From Paragordius varius (Eukaryota > Animalia > Nematomorpha), in contig OZ176052.1 of the NCBI GenBank assembly GCA_964247055.1, positions 2,418,001-2,482,000 on the forward strand: a DNA stretch of 64,000 nucleotides. The letters run 5' to 3'. Made by a program: the position numbers and the translations under genes. Within the stretch, counting starts at the first letter, position 1. Each line of letters opens with the position of its first letter. This document shows positions 63,426 to 64,000 of the stretch, one piece after another. The notes beneath the pieces were generated by a model. The model saw only the letters and a program-made list of their open reading frames with translations. It was not told the DNA's origin and did no database searches.

Positions 63426-64000
63426 GTATGTAATATGAGCTAACTTTTATATTATAAATATGACAAAAATATTTATTACTTTCAGTTAATGGATTATGGA
63501 AAAAATAAACAAAGGGGTATATAGAGTGCTCTTTTTATGTATAAAAGAGTTGGATGACTTTAATAGATTTTTGTATCTGTATTACCATTTAATGATAGGT
63601 TAATGAATATAGCAAAATTTACTGGTTGTCAATACTATCATCTTAAAAGAGAGATTACCTCCTTTAAGAACATTATATATTTCTAAGTTGGGTGCTTAGA
63701 ATTTAGATTCATTTAATTTATATTATTTCATATTTAAATGAGACAAAGGCATTCTTTTTTCGCAATTAAGTGATCGAACAACTAATTTTTCCAAGGTTTA
63801 GGGATAATTTATATTTAAAATTTTACCAATATACTCATTTATAGTTTTCCAATGTCTTGCTTAAAATTTTAAATCAGAACCAATTATTTGCCGTTTTTTG
63901 TGCATTTTTATTGGAAATATTTATATTATAAATAATTGCAATATATTTGACACTATTAATTTATCCAAATTTTAATCTTGTTTTCATATATACTTATATA

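Noticed and set aside
63426-63485. Possible 60-nt ATG2 intron 4
   Set aside because: Splicing to TTCAG at 63485 gives AGT-TAA, an immediate stop, so the next exon is probably further downstream.

Overview
Very AT-rich, intron-containing eukaryotic DNA, almost certainly animal (Jagged-like, DHRS11-like and ATG2B-like genes); the species cannot be fixed from sequence. I assembled six genes by hand from GT-AG junctions, and each model keeps its reading frame: NPC1 (+, 28 exons, ~1738 aa), bystin/BYSL (-, 8 exons, 513 aa), NOC3L (+, 10 exons, 929 aa), a Jagged/Serrate-derived membrane protein with no DSL domain (+, 7 exons, 582 aa), a DHRS11-like SDR (-, exon 1 split by a hAT transposon) and the 5' end of ATG2 (+). 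Introns and intergenic DNA hold RTE-type LINEs, three hAT elements with 8-bp TSDs, several MITE families and (TA)n. Main unusual signals: (1) seven 21-29 nt micro-introns found only as the first introns of conserved genes, while the other 47 fully traced introns are 79-3503 nt; (2) a Jagged C-terminal half fused to its own signal-peptide exon; (3) BYSL and NOC3L start codons only 32 bp apart, head-to-head; (4) a twin-priming-type RTE insertion; (5) a hAT insertion in the SDR Rossmann motif. Comparisons to human proteins are from memory, not database searches.
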